A stretch of 63,485 nt of DNA, counting the filler, from Phoronis australis (taxonomy: Eukaryota; Animalia; Phoronida): NCBI GenBank assembly GCA_002633005.1. It is 12 parts of 12 records of this genome, joined end to end, with 100 filler letters (N's around TTAATTAATTAA, not from the genome) between each part and the next. Parts side by side here need not be neighbours in the genome. Positions count along the whole stretch, not along the records: positions 46,342 to 49,196 come from NMRA01003374.1; positions 49,297 to 53,554 come from NMRA01002643.1; positions 53,655 to 61,232 come from NMRA01000880.1; positions 61,333 to 63,485 come from NMRA01003824.1; 8 more parts are not named here. The stretch is one strand, 5' to 3'. Position numbers and translations under genes: made by a program. The notes beneath the pieces are model-generated. The model had not been told where the DNA came from and searched no databases. It was given only the letters and a program-made list of their open reading frames with translations. Below, piece after piece: positions 49,112 to 62,505 of the stretch. Each line of letters begins with the position of its first letter. Position 1 is the stretch's first letter.

Positions 49112-50709
49112 GTATGTATCATGGGACGATACTGCAAATTTTTATTGGTGTGAATTCATAACTGGCTGATTATAAATGTAAACCAATAATTAGCTTNNNN
49201 NNNNNNNNNNNNNNNNNNNNNNNNNNNNNNNNNNNNNNNNTTAATTAATTAANNNNNNNNNNNNNNNNNNNNNNNNNNNNNNNNNNNNNNNNNNNNATTC
49301 AAACGTCTTTTTGGTGTAAAGTCTAATTACAAAAAATTGTCTATAAAATGTACTCCAGTGACTATGTTTCTGTGGCCAAAGTCAATGTTCTCACTTAAAA
49401 ATACACGGCAATATCTCACGTAATCTTGGCTTTCAGCGAGGTCCTATAGCGTTACTGATTACTGAACCGAAGACTGGTTACCGCTTTCCATGGCTTGTGG
49501 CTATTAGGCAATGACCAACGCCTCTGTTGGCCCGACCAACAGAGGCGATGGTCATTGCCTAGCGGCAATTCAGATACTAGAACAGTTATACACATCCACA
49601 GTAGCCTACCTCGGGGAGGGCAATATCAACAAACTAATAGAGGTAAACTGACAATCTACAATGAAAATTTAGATCACAAGAGACAGGTAACTCGTCTGCC
49701 AAAACAGTGACCAGTCAGGAGTGCGCCAAATGCGGTCTGGTCACTGTGCATTCACCCGTAAGCCTAAGTACTAGGCTACTTACTCGGCAACACGTACTGT
49801 AGCCCTTGAATTTGATCAGCTGCCTCTAGCATTCAGCTTCAGGGCGATGTAGTTGCCTTGGCTTACTAATTGCTCATAGAACACCGAATACAGTAATTAA
49901 TATTGAGTAAGAATTCATTAAAATAACGACCACTAATATACTCACACCGACAAGTAACCATTGAAAGTATCAGCTCATGGCCAAGTGCTCGCTGGAACCT
50001 TCGCTTTTATTTGGTAAAATGGCCGTTCTCCACTCCGATGTCCCCTCGGTCACTAATATATTGAGCAATACCTGATGACCTTTGACCCATACTGAAGTTA
50101 CAGTCCAAATTGATTGGGTAAACGTTTGTAGTATTTTTAATACTCAAAACGATGACACAGAATTTTTGAAAACTTACTTGGTTATCAAAAATCCTTGTTT
50201 AGTGTTTTTAATGCAAATCACTTTTCGGCAACATAATGCTTAAAAATTAACCTTCTATGTGGCCCTGCTATCAGAAACGTTCCACCTCGCAACATGTCGG
50301 TCTCCTTAGTAACCCGGATGATGACGTCACTGGGTGTGTATTTGGCCAGACCTCCGGATTCGTCTTCTATAAACCTGGAGTGTATATACATTAATTTTCA
50401 TCAAAGACGGTAGGCCTCTGTTAATATATAGTTCTTTAAAATTTGACTTCTTTTTATGAACAAGTTGAACATTTTATGGAATATACAAATTAACGTATAT
50501 TTATAACTTATAACAAACAACGTTTTATATAACACCATTATTTATTCAGTGCAATTCAGTGTTCGTCGATCGGTGGAGCTCAATATGTATCGATTACTAC
50601 TAAGTCGCACAAACGAGAATTGTTTGCCGTGAGAGTAACCATAGGTACAAAGGTCACTATTATGTTACGTTAAAATCGGGGTCAGGGCGGATCGTAGGAC
50701 CGGCATTTA

Positions 50710-50839
50710 CATGCGGGGCGACGCACCATAGCCCCCACTTATTCAATGCTACGCCGCACATGGTCTATATAGGCGGTGCACTAAAGGGGGGCTGAGAGGG
50801 CTTTATTTCCCCACTTTTTTCAGTGCTGCGCCGCTCATG
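50710..50839. mobile_element. Diverged dimer of the mini-MITE family seen at 36311-36538
   Basis: Shares AGCCCCCACTTATT.CA.TGCT.CGCCGC.CATG ends. A similar 3' end is present at window positions ~8-34. Confidence 0.55.
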
Positions 50840-50959
50840 AGTTAGACTGGTAGGGAACGCGCTCGCAGTTGGTACCGCTGCCCGGATAAGCTGAACTGAC
50901 GCTTGACGGATAGTCCTGGAGTGGAATCGTTGGCCAAATAGATGAACGTTACGTACGCA

Positions 50960-51156
50960 CGTAAATTAAGTGCGTAAGTTAACTCTTGGTAAAGGCGTAA
51001 AGTTATTATTTAGAGGCGTAAAGCAATTATTTGTATCGTAAAGTAATTATTTGCTGAGAAAAGTAATTATTTACGAGGCAAATAATTACTTTACGCAGCA
51101 AGTAATTACTTCACGCCTCTAACAAGAATTAACCGGCTTAGGCAAGTAATTTACGT
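50960..51156. mobile_element. Foldback/MITE-like element built of inverted ~20-bp subrepeats
   Basis: CGTAAAGTAATTATTT-like motif occurs 4x forward and then 2x inverted. Imperfect terminal inverted repeats CGTAAATTA.../...TAATTTACG. Confidence 0.6.
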
Positions 51157-52632
51157 TAATATCAAGATCGCGCATGAGTGAACTAGGAATCAAGTACAAG
51201 AAGAAACTTACCAAGTTCACGATCAGCCTGCAGTCACAGTGGGGAATCTACGGGGGGTGCGCAGGAATTCCACAAAGGTCGAATCCAAGGCGCGTAGCGC
51301 CGAGCGGGGGGGGGGAGGCTTTACCCCCCTCCCGTGTAAGACAACTTTTTGTTTTTGTAGCCAAGCAGTGAAATTTCCATGCATCCTGCTACGTTTCTGG
51401 CACTTAACATGTCCCTGGAGTTTTTCTTAAGATAATTAAAAACACTTCTCGATTTCGTCACATGAACTTGGCTCATAAGTTTCGTGAAACCATATTTGTG
51501 CACATCTGGGTATGGGTCACACCACCAGCAAAAATTTTTGTTGGAACATCTGCTTACACACACCTTTTTAGCATACGAAAAAGTGTGTAGTGTATACAGG
51601 GGTTTAGACAACTACCAAATATTCAAGAGCATAAGGAGTTCCGACGGGGCGTAAAAACTTGAATGTCAGATGATCGCAACAGCCTCAAGCTCTTTAAGAA
51701 CGAAGACATGTACTGTTAGTCCGGAAATAAGCATGTATTCTGTCTCGTTACGAGAAAAACTGGCTAAAGATGGTGCTCTCTGCTCATAGTCTATTATTAA
51801 AAGCGACAATAAACAATTAAAGTATCACTTTATTAAGCTGAATCACGTTGACAACAATTGAAAAACGTCAAATGTATCAGGAAACAAATCATATGAAAAC
51901 AGTTTCACGAAACCAAAACACTCTCTAGGCCTACACCGTGGTGAAAAGATATACAGGAGCAGTTCGCAGAGGGACCAGATGTACACTGAGAGTACAAAAA
52001 AACTCTGACCTGGTCCGTCACGAGACCAAAGGTACATCTGTGCTTATTATCCCTATAAAATAGTCAATCTGTCGCGGGACCAAACAGTACTGGCTGAGAT
52101 AAATAGTTTTACAAACCACACTTTGGTAAAAATCATCACAAGACTAGTTCGCCGAGGGAACAGAAGTACACTGAAACTCGATATCTACACATATCAAGCT
52201 GGCCTGGTCCGTCGCGAGACCTAAAGCGTACTTTGCAAAAAAAATTGAATTAAAAACTTCTCTATGGACACTTTTTAATCCCTAGTAGTTGCTCATACGT
52301 GTAGTTTACACGTCGATCTTGTGGTCAACTGCTGCTAGAGGTTGTCTAGGGTTTTCACACCGTTCTGTAGTACTCACTGGAAGAAACATGTATTGAGTAC
52401 AGATTTAACTAAGCACTACGTGAAATAAGATTTTGGATATAAAGCAGATAGACTCAAGTGGAAATAAAAACCAGACTCAGTTTCTGTGCGCTCGTAGACC
52501 CTCTGCTGTACTGGGTAAATTTGACATGTCCAAAAATAATTTCTATTTCGTTTTCATTGCACACAAGCATAAAAAACCGACATTATTACAAACTGTGTAT
52601 AATTATAACTTATTACCTGGGTGTTTCTCCAG

Positions 52633-52863
52633 GAACGTTGGTCCTATTTTTCTTGGAACCATTCTACCCAGACATCTTCGACGTTTGTTCCCNTCTTGGA
52701 ACCATTCTACCCAGACATCTTCGACGTTTGTTCCCAACGCTTGCACTTCGTCAACGAGCTTGTACGCCTCTACAATGTCAGCATCTCGTTTCGCAGCTCA
52801 GGTGGCACTAAGCCCCCTGAGGTTACCAAGTCCATTCAAAAGACTTTCAGCATGCGCAACTAA
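52633..52863 (+). CDS. Candidate terminal coding exon, disrupted by an assembly duplication
   Basis: Acceptor gtttctccag. Removing the 42-bp duplicate plus the N at 52693 gives GTLVLFFLEPFYPDIFDVCSQRLHFVNELVRLYNVSISFRSSGGTKPPEVTKSIQKTFSMRN*. Product not recognised. Confidence 0.3.
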   Translation, partial: ERWSYFSWNHSTQTSSTFVPXLEPFYPDIFDVCSQRLHFVNELVRLYNVSISFRSSGGTKPPEVTKSIQKTFSMRN

Positions 52864-53654
52864 ATTTGATCCGTTCATAATGGACTACTTCAAACCTTGA
52901 CGATGTATCCCAGGACCCATTTGCATCTCTTGCAATTTTCGAAATAAACGTCCCAATGTCTGAACGCTTGAAACTCGAAGTACTAACTTCAAATAAATGC
53001 CCATAGGCGTTTCGTCGGGTGGGCCTTTCTGCGGAAATTCCCAGTATAGAAAACCGCAGTGGTGCTTATTGCAGGTAGAAAGACGGTAGGTGTTGAGGTC
53101 GGCACTAGGGTTCCTTAGGAGGCCCATTGAACATCGCACGAGTTCCGCAAGACTTTCTTATGAAAATACAGCCTCCCCGTAATTTCTTGTACTGTACACT
53201 GTTCGCGAATGCGGTCACTTTGTCAATGTGAGTGCTCCCTTGGTCATTCCTTGTATAGACATAATTTGTTAGAGTGCATCTTCAAACAGACTCGCGACCA
53301 GACCACGGCGCCCACCACAATAGTTTTTTTCAAAAGTATTACATGTACATGTACACTGAATGATATTGTGCAAGACAACTTTACTATGCACCAGTCAAAT
53401 TCGAGTTACAGACGTGTGGGGTGTAATAGGATGACACGGCATGACAGATGAGGTAAAAACGTTGCACGTCAATTCACCTGAATATCAAGGTTGCGGCACC
53501 ACAGTATTTCCCCTAATCAAATCAAAACATATCTTTGAGTAAAGAAACTAGTTANNNNNNNNNNNNNNNNNNNNNNNNNNNNNNNNNNNNNNNNNNNNTT
53601 AATTAATTAANNNNNNNNNNNNNNNNNNNNNNNNNNNNNNNNNNNNNNNNNNNN

Positions 53655-54278
53655 TTGTTTGAAAGCCGTTCGAAACCAAAGTTAAGAACCTATGTTTTGA
53701 TGAAGAATGTCTTTGAAGTTGAGCCTTACGTGCATTTAGACTTAACTCGGCCTAGTAGGTCAATTCTTGCTCAAATTAGAACCGGAACCCTACAGCTATT
53801 GGTTGAGGTTGGGCGTTTTCGTTCTCTAGATTTTGATGACAGAATTTGCTGTCTTTGCCACACTGGTCAGGTCGAAACTGAACTACATTTTCTGTTTGAG
53901 TGTCCGTTATTCTTAGATGCCAGAAACACCTTTTATTGTCAAGTTGAGATTAAATATCCACGTTTCCGTGCAGAAAGCTGTGAAAGTAAATTAATCACAA
54001 TCATGCAAAAAGATGTTATTAGGAAAACTTCAGTTTTCATCAAAAATATTTTTGAAGTAAGGAAAAATTATATTTATTTATGATCTTTTTTATCTCGGCC
54101 TTCTCTTTCTGGTTCTCTTGCAATGCGCGTACACTTGTCTTTTCTTTTTTGTATCATGTATCTAAAGTGACTTATAAGCCCCGTGGAGGGCTGGGTGTTC
54201 CTAGTGTTTGTAACGTATTCATTGTTTAAATTCATTTGAATCACATGTCACTATAATAAAACATTACTTACTTACTTA
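53655..54278 (+). mobile_element. 3' end of an RTE-X-like non-LTR retrotransposon (ORF2 C-terminus to 54083, 3' UTR, (TTAC)n tail)
   Basis: KPKLRTY...EPY...R..LAQIRTG...L.VEVGRF...RICCLC...VETELHFLFECP...R is a CCHC-type C-terminal domain. AATAAA followed by a TTACTTACTTAC tail. Confidence 0.85.
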
Positions 54279-56129
54279 TAGCTGTATCTGTAAGCCAACC
54301 GCAAAATTCTAATTAAGCTTAATAAGTGTATTTATATGCAGTTAACAGCAGACGGCGATAATTTTCAGATGAACGCTGTGACCCCTAGTGGCAATTTTAT
54401 TTTATCCGTTTTCCTTTGTTCTGTTGAAGTTCCTTGGCAGATTTTTATGAAGTTTCTTCAATAGCTCTATTAAAAACGAAGGCATGTTTCCTACTTCGGA
54501 TGGATTCATATTTCATGAGTATTTGTCACATAGTGGAAAACCGTTGACACACTTAACGCCTTCTTTCTCGGATTGTGTGAATGAATTTCTATCAAATGTG
54601 CCAGGTCGACTTGATAGATGTGTCCCTATGCACTTTCCATGGTTTCTTAACATGTGTAGTTTTATGGTATAGTCACAAAACGTACAGCGCTCGTTTTCAA
54701 CTCCAAACGAAAGGAGATTCCAGGATCAGGTAACAAGTTTTTATCATTAAAGCGTTCTTGCAATGTTTTGTTGTGTCTCATAAACTAATTGTATATCCGA
54801 CATTACTGTAAACACACTTCCCTTGGTAAAAACAACAATGACGTATTTGGCTAACATCTATCATATTTCTTCGGAAACGAATAACAATAACAAAATTTTT
54901 TATGAAGAATACAGTCTCGGAAGTCAATTCGATAGAAAAGACCAGTTTTAATCCACGATAGTTTATTTCGGCCATTGTTTTATTGCCTTGGAGTCATAGC
55001 TAATGCCGTAATTGCCCTGCTCCACGCAAAAAGAGCAGAAACAAAGTTGTTGATGCCCACGGCCAGTTCTGTCTACCACCTTAGTTACGAATAACTATTT
55101 ACTAAACACATTGTGGTGGAAGGAAATAAAAACACGTATTTATCTGCCGGCAGGTTGCCAGGATTTGCCAAAGCAACAGCAAAATACCACCTTTGAGAAC
55201 GGCAAGCCAATAGTGTAAAAAAGTGGCGGCATAGTATCTTGTGTTATACAGCTTGAAAGCTGAAAGAAAGTTCTTATGATGTCTAACCTGCCTGAATTAG
55301 CGGTGGTGACAACTAATGAAACCGTGACGTATATACGTAATAATGGGATTCCTAGCTGGGGAAAATGAAAATATTTTGCACTGTGAAAGGACATAATCAT
55401 TTTGCTTCCAACCTGGTGTAGTTCGATAAGTTATAGGGACAATAGTCCAAATAAGCTGACTCGACGCGAAGTCTCGTGTCTCATGAGGCGCCACACTTTT
55501 TGTGTTGCAGGTGGAAGATAAGGGATTTTGGCATATTAATCCTTTTGATGCATTGCATTAAATGCTCGTCGCTGACTTCGATGTTGGCGGTTTTTGTCAC
55601 ATGCAATCCACTTTCAATGAAACCTTGTTCAAATCATTCTGTTAAATCACGGTGCCTTTTTACGAATATTGAGGCTCATTCCACATAAAATCGTTGCGTG
55701 TTTTACATGTATATGTCCGTTACCAACTATTTAATGACGCGGTGACAGCAGCCGACTGGTCGTCAGTTCTCGAAAAATGTTTGCCTCCAGAGTTCAACTT
55801 TACGTAATTTTTTAACTTACACATCATCTTTTAACGATCCCAAGTTTTTTGACAAGCAATGTTTTCAACAAGTCAGAGACAATATTGCGGTCTGAATTCA
55901 GTTCTTCGTGGCAAACTACAGACGGTTAAATAAGATTTTAATTCTCAGCATCCTCGTTTCCAAAAAGTAACCCGCTGTGCATCAACAGCTGTCAAGACGT
56001 TCCTCACAATATCGTTAAAACAGAACATAGGAACACCTCTAAAATCCTTTTGGAACAGCACTCTCTGTCCACTAATGTATTAGCACTTTGTTAAACATGT
56101 ATTGTTTCCCCAATAAATAAATTTCAAAA

Positions 56130-56257
56130 TATTAGTAATAATAATAATAACGATAACGAAAACGATAACGAGTAATACTAGTGATAGTAATAATAATAAT
56201 AGTATTAATAGTACGAACGGTAGTGATAGTAATGTAATACTAATAAAAATTATAATA
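56130..56257. repeat. Degenerate (TAA/TAG)n microsatellite
   Basis: Direct observation. Confidence 0.7.
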
Positions 56258-58001
56258 GGTACCCAAATTCATGTCGTGTCAGCCCGTGTCATTCCTATAG
56301 AAGGTTTATAAGAAAAGTACCCGCCAAAAAGTGTTAATCGTTGAAAAAATACTCTCCAAAACGGTGCCAAAACTATACCTAACTCACGTCTGGTGACTTT
56401 CCTGAATCTGTGCAACAGAAGTGTGCGAAAATGTGAATGTTTACACAAATTAGTCTCTAAATGGGTCACTTCTTTGTTCGAGCCCACTCTCTAAATGGGT
56501 TGGTATTCAACTTTTTCAGGAGAAGCTTAGCAACGTAAAATGTAATAGTTGTTACATTTTACGAAATTGCTACATTTTACGGCATAGCAGTCGAGTCGAC
56601 ATTGACCTACCTTTTGAACTGTCAGAGGTCACTGTTGAAGTAATGCGGAGGTGAATACGGGAAACATGATTACACGGCCGTATTTTCCTTGACTGTTTCA
56701 ACGCGCATGGGACAAAGACAGAAACAATCACAAAAAGAAAAAAGCACAAAACCCACGCAAAGACGGAAAACCAAGCACCAACGCGTGACCTTACTACACC
56801 CTCTTATGGGATCTTGGAGCACTATTTAGCCAATGGTGAAGAGAAATATAAGCTTCACGACGAGGTGACAAGCAGAACTACCAGGGCTGCGTGAAATTTC
56901 GGTGTCAAATGGAGTTCAACACACAGTACTTCATGGCTGTCTTTTGACGATAGTTCTCATACAACTAGCTGGTTGGCTAAACGCAAAGTAGTCCATGTAC
57001 CTAGTTGTATTTTGACAATACCTAGCTGACTGGATACACTGTGTGTTTAGCTCTGTTAGATCCCATGCCGTCCCGGTTGCTGTATCTTGAGTCACTTTTG
57101 GAAGTTCCTTAATAACAATGGTTCTCAGGCAGTTTGCAGAGCATAGTGAGTTAACGCCACTCAAATGACACAATCATTATCATAAATTTTCCATAATAAC
57201 AAAATGTTACGCTGCGAGTAAGTAAAGCGTGAGATTTATAAGTCGCGCTATCGACATCCGTACATGTATATAGTGGGACACGATACAAACTATGCCTATG
57301 ACCTAAATTCTCAACCTGTTTTAATTGTTTCTTTGTTAAATTGTTTAATTATTGTTTTTTTTACTTTATTGTATTATATTATTGTCTTATATTGTGTTGT
57401 TGAGGTCCCTCTTGCAGTGCTGCCATTGAAGAGGTCACTCTAATTTTAAATATTACTAGAAATAAGTAAATAAAACTGTCAATTTTCTCTACTCTGCCTC
57501 CTGTTTCCGGACAGTTCTGTCTGCTCTCGCGATGCAAGCGTAATCTTCATAAAACCCGCAAGTGGTCCACTGATTTCTACAATATTCCTGTGTGCAAAAT
57601 AACATCGTAAATGTTTTGACCAGTATGTACCATGAATTTCCGAAGGCCCTCCTTTATTTTTGTTGAAATGAGGACTTAGTTACTACATAACATTTTAAGT
57701 AAAATAGGAGTTTAGATAAAGTGATGGAAAAACACAACATTTGTGAACAAACGGACACTGATTTAGGGAACATAGTTATGTCTTCTTAATGCACAGAATA
57801 TTAGGCCTAGACACGTATCTTGAATTCGTCCTGAAGTAGCACAATATAAGTCAAAAATATTTCGAGTACTCTACAAAAATCACTGGCCCTGGGTAAATAG
57901 GCTACTGTTACTTACGTAGTAAGTGAGTGCACAAAGCTTCATGTAAAAACTGACAACTTGGAGCTTGTGACCTTGGATGAATCATGTTTTTATTATTACA
58001 G

Positions 58002-58073
58002 TTATGTTCCGTTATAAGTGATTCTTCTAAATTGCGAAAATTGTTGGATGAGGGCGCAGATGTCAATTACTTT
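58002..58073 (+). CDS. Ankyrin-repeat protein exon A
   Basis: LCSVISDSSKLRKLLDEGADVNYF (LL..GADVN motif). 72 bp, phase 0, ttacag/GTAAGT. Confidence 0.75.
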
Positions 58074-59044
58074 GTAAGTATGACTGCTATTTTAACTCTG
58101 CAAACATAGTGAACTTACAATGACAGAATATAACTTATCCCAAGCACTGAACACATGAGATAAAATGTTCCAATTATATCTAAGCCATTACCTTACATTC
58201 CAGTAATAATTGGAAATTCACCTTAGCCTTAAATTTGGGGTCGGGTGGCTCCAGCTACGTACATATGCTTTCAGTATAACAATATCTGTAAATCATACAG
58301 GACAAATACGTGTAAGTATTCTGAAAATAACTCATATTGATTGGGTGTATAATGAACATGAGAATATTATACAAGAGCGGTAGAGGAAATGGGACGAGAC
58401 AGGACTCTATATACTGTATATCAACAATACGTTTGATTTGATCAGTTCCATAGAATACTTCAAGCTGCCCTCTTTATTTGGCAAAATTTTCATTATTTCA
58501 TTTATTTTGGTGGTTTAGTTATTAATAACCAAATAAATTATCTAGTAATTTTATTGACTTAAGAAATTCTTTTTGGTAATACTGGCAGTTGACACTACAT
58601 GTACAAGTTTCGATGAACCAAAGTTTGGTAATAAATATTACACCCTATTTGGTCGATTTTCCTGTTTCCTGAATATCAAAATGTCTTTAAGATTTCGAAT
58701 TTTTTCATCGAAATTGAGGTATTGAGCATCATCTTTTTCCTCCAAAGTATATTCACATAATTTAATTGGCTTTTGGAGCCATAATGCATAGCTGAATATA
58801 ACATTTTTGAGTGGTTTAATCCCTATATTAAACATTTTTGATTGGTTTTAAATTGTTTGAAAATGAATCCAAACAAGATTGTTCTTAAGTTTTGATTTTC
58901 ATCCACAAAGAAAGTTCTGTCATTTTCATTTGATTGTCAACGTTGCAACTGGATTATAATGTTCACGCTACGCTTTCTTAGTTGAAATGCATGTCTTTGC
59001 AAGTGTTTAGTTGTACTTTGTCATTGACTATTTTTGTTGCACAG

Positions 59045-59140
59045 GGACCTAAGAGCCCTTCCTTATTGGAGAAGGCTTTGATGAACAGACAGTACGACAT
59101 CGTTTGCATGTTGTTGAAGTATAACGCAGACCCTAACAAG
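59045..59140 (+). CDS. Ankyrin-repeat protein exon B
   Basis: GPKSPSLLEKALMNRQYDIVCMLLKYNADPNK. 96 bp, phase 0, gcacag/GTAATA. Confidence 0.85.
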
Positions 59141-60345
59141 GTAATAAAAAAGACATATACGCAATGCAACGTTCGAAATTTTAGTCAAACAAAAATAATC
59201 ATGCCGTCAATGCCTGGTTAATTTTATTGAAGTTTGGCTTAAAACCCTTTCGTGGATAATGTCAAAAAGTTGAACGGTAACGAGAGCTATTTTTCTAGGC
59301 TATCAAGTGTTTCGATATTTTTAAACAAAATTGTTTGCAGTTCTTTTGCCTATGTTAATTCAATCATTGGTTAATCTAAACATAGTTAATATTTAAATTT
59401 AATAAGTTTCATTTATCCATGAGGCAACTTCAATCGTCGTCCTCGAATTTCTTTTTACATTAATGCCATTGTATAAGTACATGTAAATACTTGCTTAGCT
59501 CAAATCGAGGATTATTTTTGTTAAAAAAAAGCATTTATAGATTAAGGAATTTACAAGGCTGAGTCATTGTCTTTTAGCAAAATCTTTGAATTCTTCATTG
59601 ACCGAATTATAGTACTTATGATGTATTCAGTTAGTCAGGTATCCCGGCTGTAATTTAGCAACATAAAAAAGCGGTGAAGCAGCCCTATACAACGAAAGAT
59701 ATGTTGAATGTCATTGTGTTTAGTATTAAGAACACTGTTGACGAATATACATGCAATTCAATTAGCCTTACCGTTCATGTCTTGCAATTTATGGCTTTTA
59801 CTCATGATGTCAAAATTTACATATCGGCATGACGGCGAAAATTTGTTTTTAAAAAATCCAAGACCAATGTCTCAGTATAGAATTTGACTCTAGACTTTCG
59901 TTAAAATCTTTCATGTGTGACCATTCATTAAAAACAACTAATTTTATACCATGTAAATAGAGCACAGATATCTACTTGAACGGTTAAGTTTTTAATCTTA
60001 CTCATGAATGCTTCAGTGTTCATGGATTAAGTGGTGTTCTGTATTGCCTACGATGGGGGAGATGATACCAGCGACATGTCCGGCTTAGTTTTAAGTCACC
60101 GACCCTATCGACTTTAAAATAAATCATTCCCCGCCGATTACGTCATCAGCGGAACACCACAACGGCAGTTGCTAGTAAAAGTCCTCACGGTACGATGAGG
60201 ACGCAACGTTGAAATGTAAGTCAGCATTAATTTTATTTTTTGCTGATATCAATCGATTGGATTTCGAGTTCACCAACTGATGTGCATTTAAATTTTGCAT
60301 GTTTAAAATCAGTCTGCGCGTAATAGCCATTATTCTAATTCGTAG

Positions 60346-60441
60346 TGGCAGACTATTCGACCAATCGAGTTCGCAGTCACAGATAAGGACGTCAAGGTGG
60401 TGAAGCTATTGTTGGAATACGGAGCAAAGGTGGATGTTGAG
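60346..60441 (+). CDS. Ankyrin-repeat protein exon C
   Basis: WQTIRPIEFAVTDKDVKVVKLLLEYGAKVDVE. 96 bp, phase 0, ttcgtag/GTAATT. Confidence 0.85.
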
Positions 60442-60979
60442 GTAATTGTTGAATTCAAGTACAATTGAATATTCCGAGAATTGATAAAGGTATGATAACG
60501 TGGGGAGAATTGACCTATCGCAAGCTCTGCCCCTTGCGAAAAGTCACGTGACACCCGACAAACGAACAAGATGTCAGGGGCAAATACACTGTCGCTAAAC
60601 GACGTTAACGGTGGAATCGATGAGTAATCACGCCCCTCGGGCGATAATTCTCCAAAATCCACTCAGGCTCTAGATAACGGGGGATAACAACTTCGTCATG
60701 TAATAATCTATATTTATCCTATCAGCAACAATTCAGGATGTTGCTTAAGCCGTCATTGCTTTTAGCACGTAATTTATTTAACTCAGTATAAAAGACTTGA
60801 CGTTATTTTTAAGGTTTCAAAAAGTAAAATGAAAAGTCGTGTTATCTTGCCAAGTTTTGCATGTCTGATTTTGACCTTACTGGATGCTTTTAGAAAAGGT
60901 ATTAACCGGTTTAGGACCATGAAACGTTTCAGCTTGGAATATTAGTTTCTGAAAAAGAACCAAATTACCAATAATTAGA

Positions 60980-61232
60980 CATGATGTCAAAAATTACATA
61001 TCGGCATGACGGCGAAAATTTGTTTTTAAAAAATCCAAGACCAATGTCTCAGTATAGAATTTGACTCTAGACTTTCGTTAAAATCTTTCATCTGTGACCA
61101 TTCATTAAAAACAACTAATTTTATACCATGTAAATAGAGCACAGATATCTACTTGAACGGTTAAGTTTTTAATCTTACTCATGAATGCTTCAGTGTTCAT
61201 GGATTAAGTGGTGTTCTGTATTGCCTACGATG
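60980..61232 (+). repeat. 253-bp near-identical direct repeat of intronic 59803-60055, running into the gap
   Basis: Only two differences seen by eye; offset 1177 bp. Confidence 0.9.
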
Positions 61233-62369
61233 NNNNNNNNNNNNNNNNNNNNNNNNNNNNNNNNNNNNNNNNNNNNTTAATTAATTAANNNNNNNNNNNN
61301 NNNNNNNNNNNNNNNNNNNNNNNNNNNNNNNNCATGCACTTTTCCTTGTGCAAAATGAAGTAAAACTACGTACTCAACGCTATCTCCACTGTAACGACCG
61401 CCATCTAGGAATTCAAATACTCAAGATGGTACATATCTGGGCTTGTTTAAATTTAAAATTCACAAATGTTTTTGTCGAAGAAGTGTTTGGAATCAATGGT
61501 ACTTCGATTTATGTACAGACAACAATAACTAATGTCGTTTGTAATATTAGAACGAAGAATATATCGTAAACCTGCAAATTTGAAGTTTTTGACATGGTGT
61601 GATAACAAGGCAATTAGTTGTTCCTCGATTGTGTATTATATGTACAAATACAATTGTCCGTGACAGCAACAAGTAATTAACAACATTCAATATATCTAAG
61701 ATTTAATGACTGCTATAACACAAATCACAATATTAGCTTACCTGTAAAATCAATAAAAAGACACCTGTACAGTCGTCTGTTTTTTGAGAAATGACGAAAC
61801 AACAACCCATCAGGAATGGTAAAACCAGAAAGTGATATGATATGATGCGGAAAACTTAACTTTGCTGACTTTGGCATTGAAAACAAGTGCTTCTGCGACA
61901 TCTGGTACCTCCGTTGATCCTGAAGTAAAACAAAAACGAAGTTTTAACCAATGGCCACGCACGTGATAGAGCCCACCTGTTGTCAACTAAGTCGTAAAAA
62001 GTACCAGTATAAATGTAAAGATATGTAGAGACATGATTTTCATGTAAATGTATGACCTTTGTGAACAATGTCTGGCCGCTCAAGACCAATAATTAGGTAG
62101 CCCGATGTTCATTTGCTTGACACCAATGTTGCTTTTCTTTGAGACGAGCAACCAAAGATCTAACTATACTCACAATGAGACTCTGGAGGCAACATTAAAT
62201 CTGAATACGACTGCAGCCACATTCTTAATAAAACATTTCTGGTGCATATGTACATTCGGTGCATTATAATATTATTTAACTTTGTATGACAAACAAAGTA
62301 CATTATACGATGTCACTATACGGTTGTAATACATGTATTCTGGTATGTTTTCTATACTCTGGACATGTT

Positions 62370-62505
62370 CAGGGGCGGATCCAGGATTTTGAGTTGGGGG
62401 AGGACAGAGTATTGGTCAGACATTCGCATTCCCGAACTGCCAAATTGAAATTGGGAGAAATTTAGGGGGCATGGCCCCTTGGTCCCCCCACTAAGTCCGC
62501 CACTG
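62370..62505. mobile_element. 136-bp MITE with CAG...CTG ends and 5-bp TSD
   Basis: CAGGGGCGGA.../...TCCGCCACTG; ATGTT at 62365-62369 and 62506-62510. A similar terminus TACGCCCCTG occurs at 18215-18224. Confidence 0.75.
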
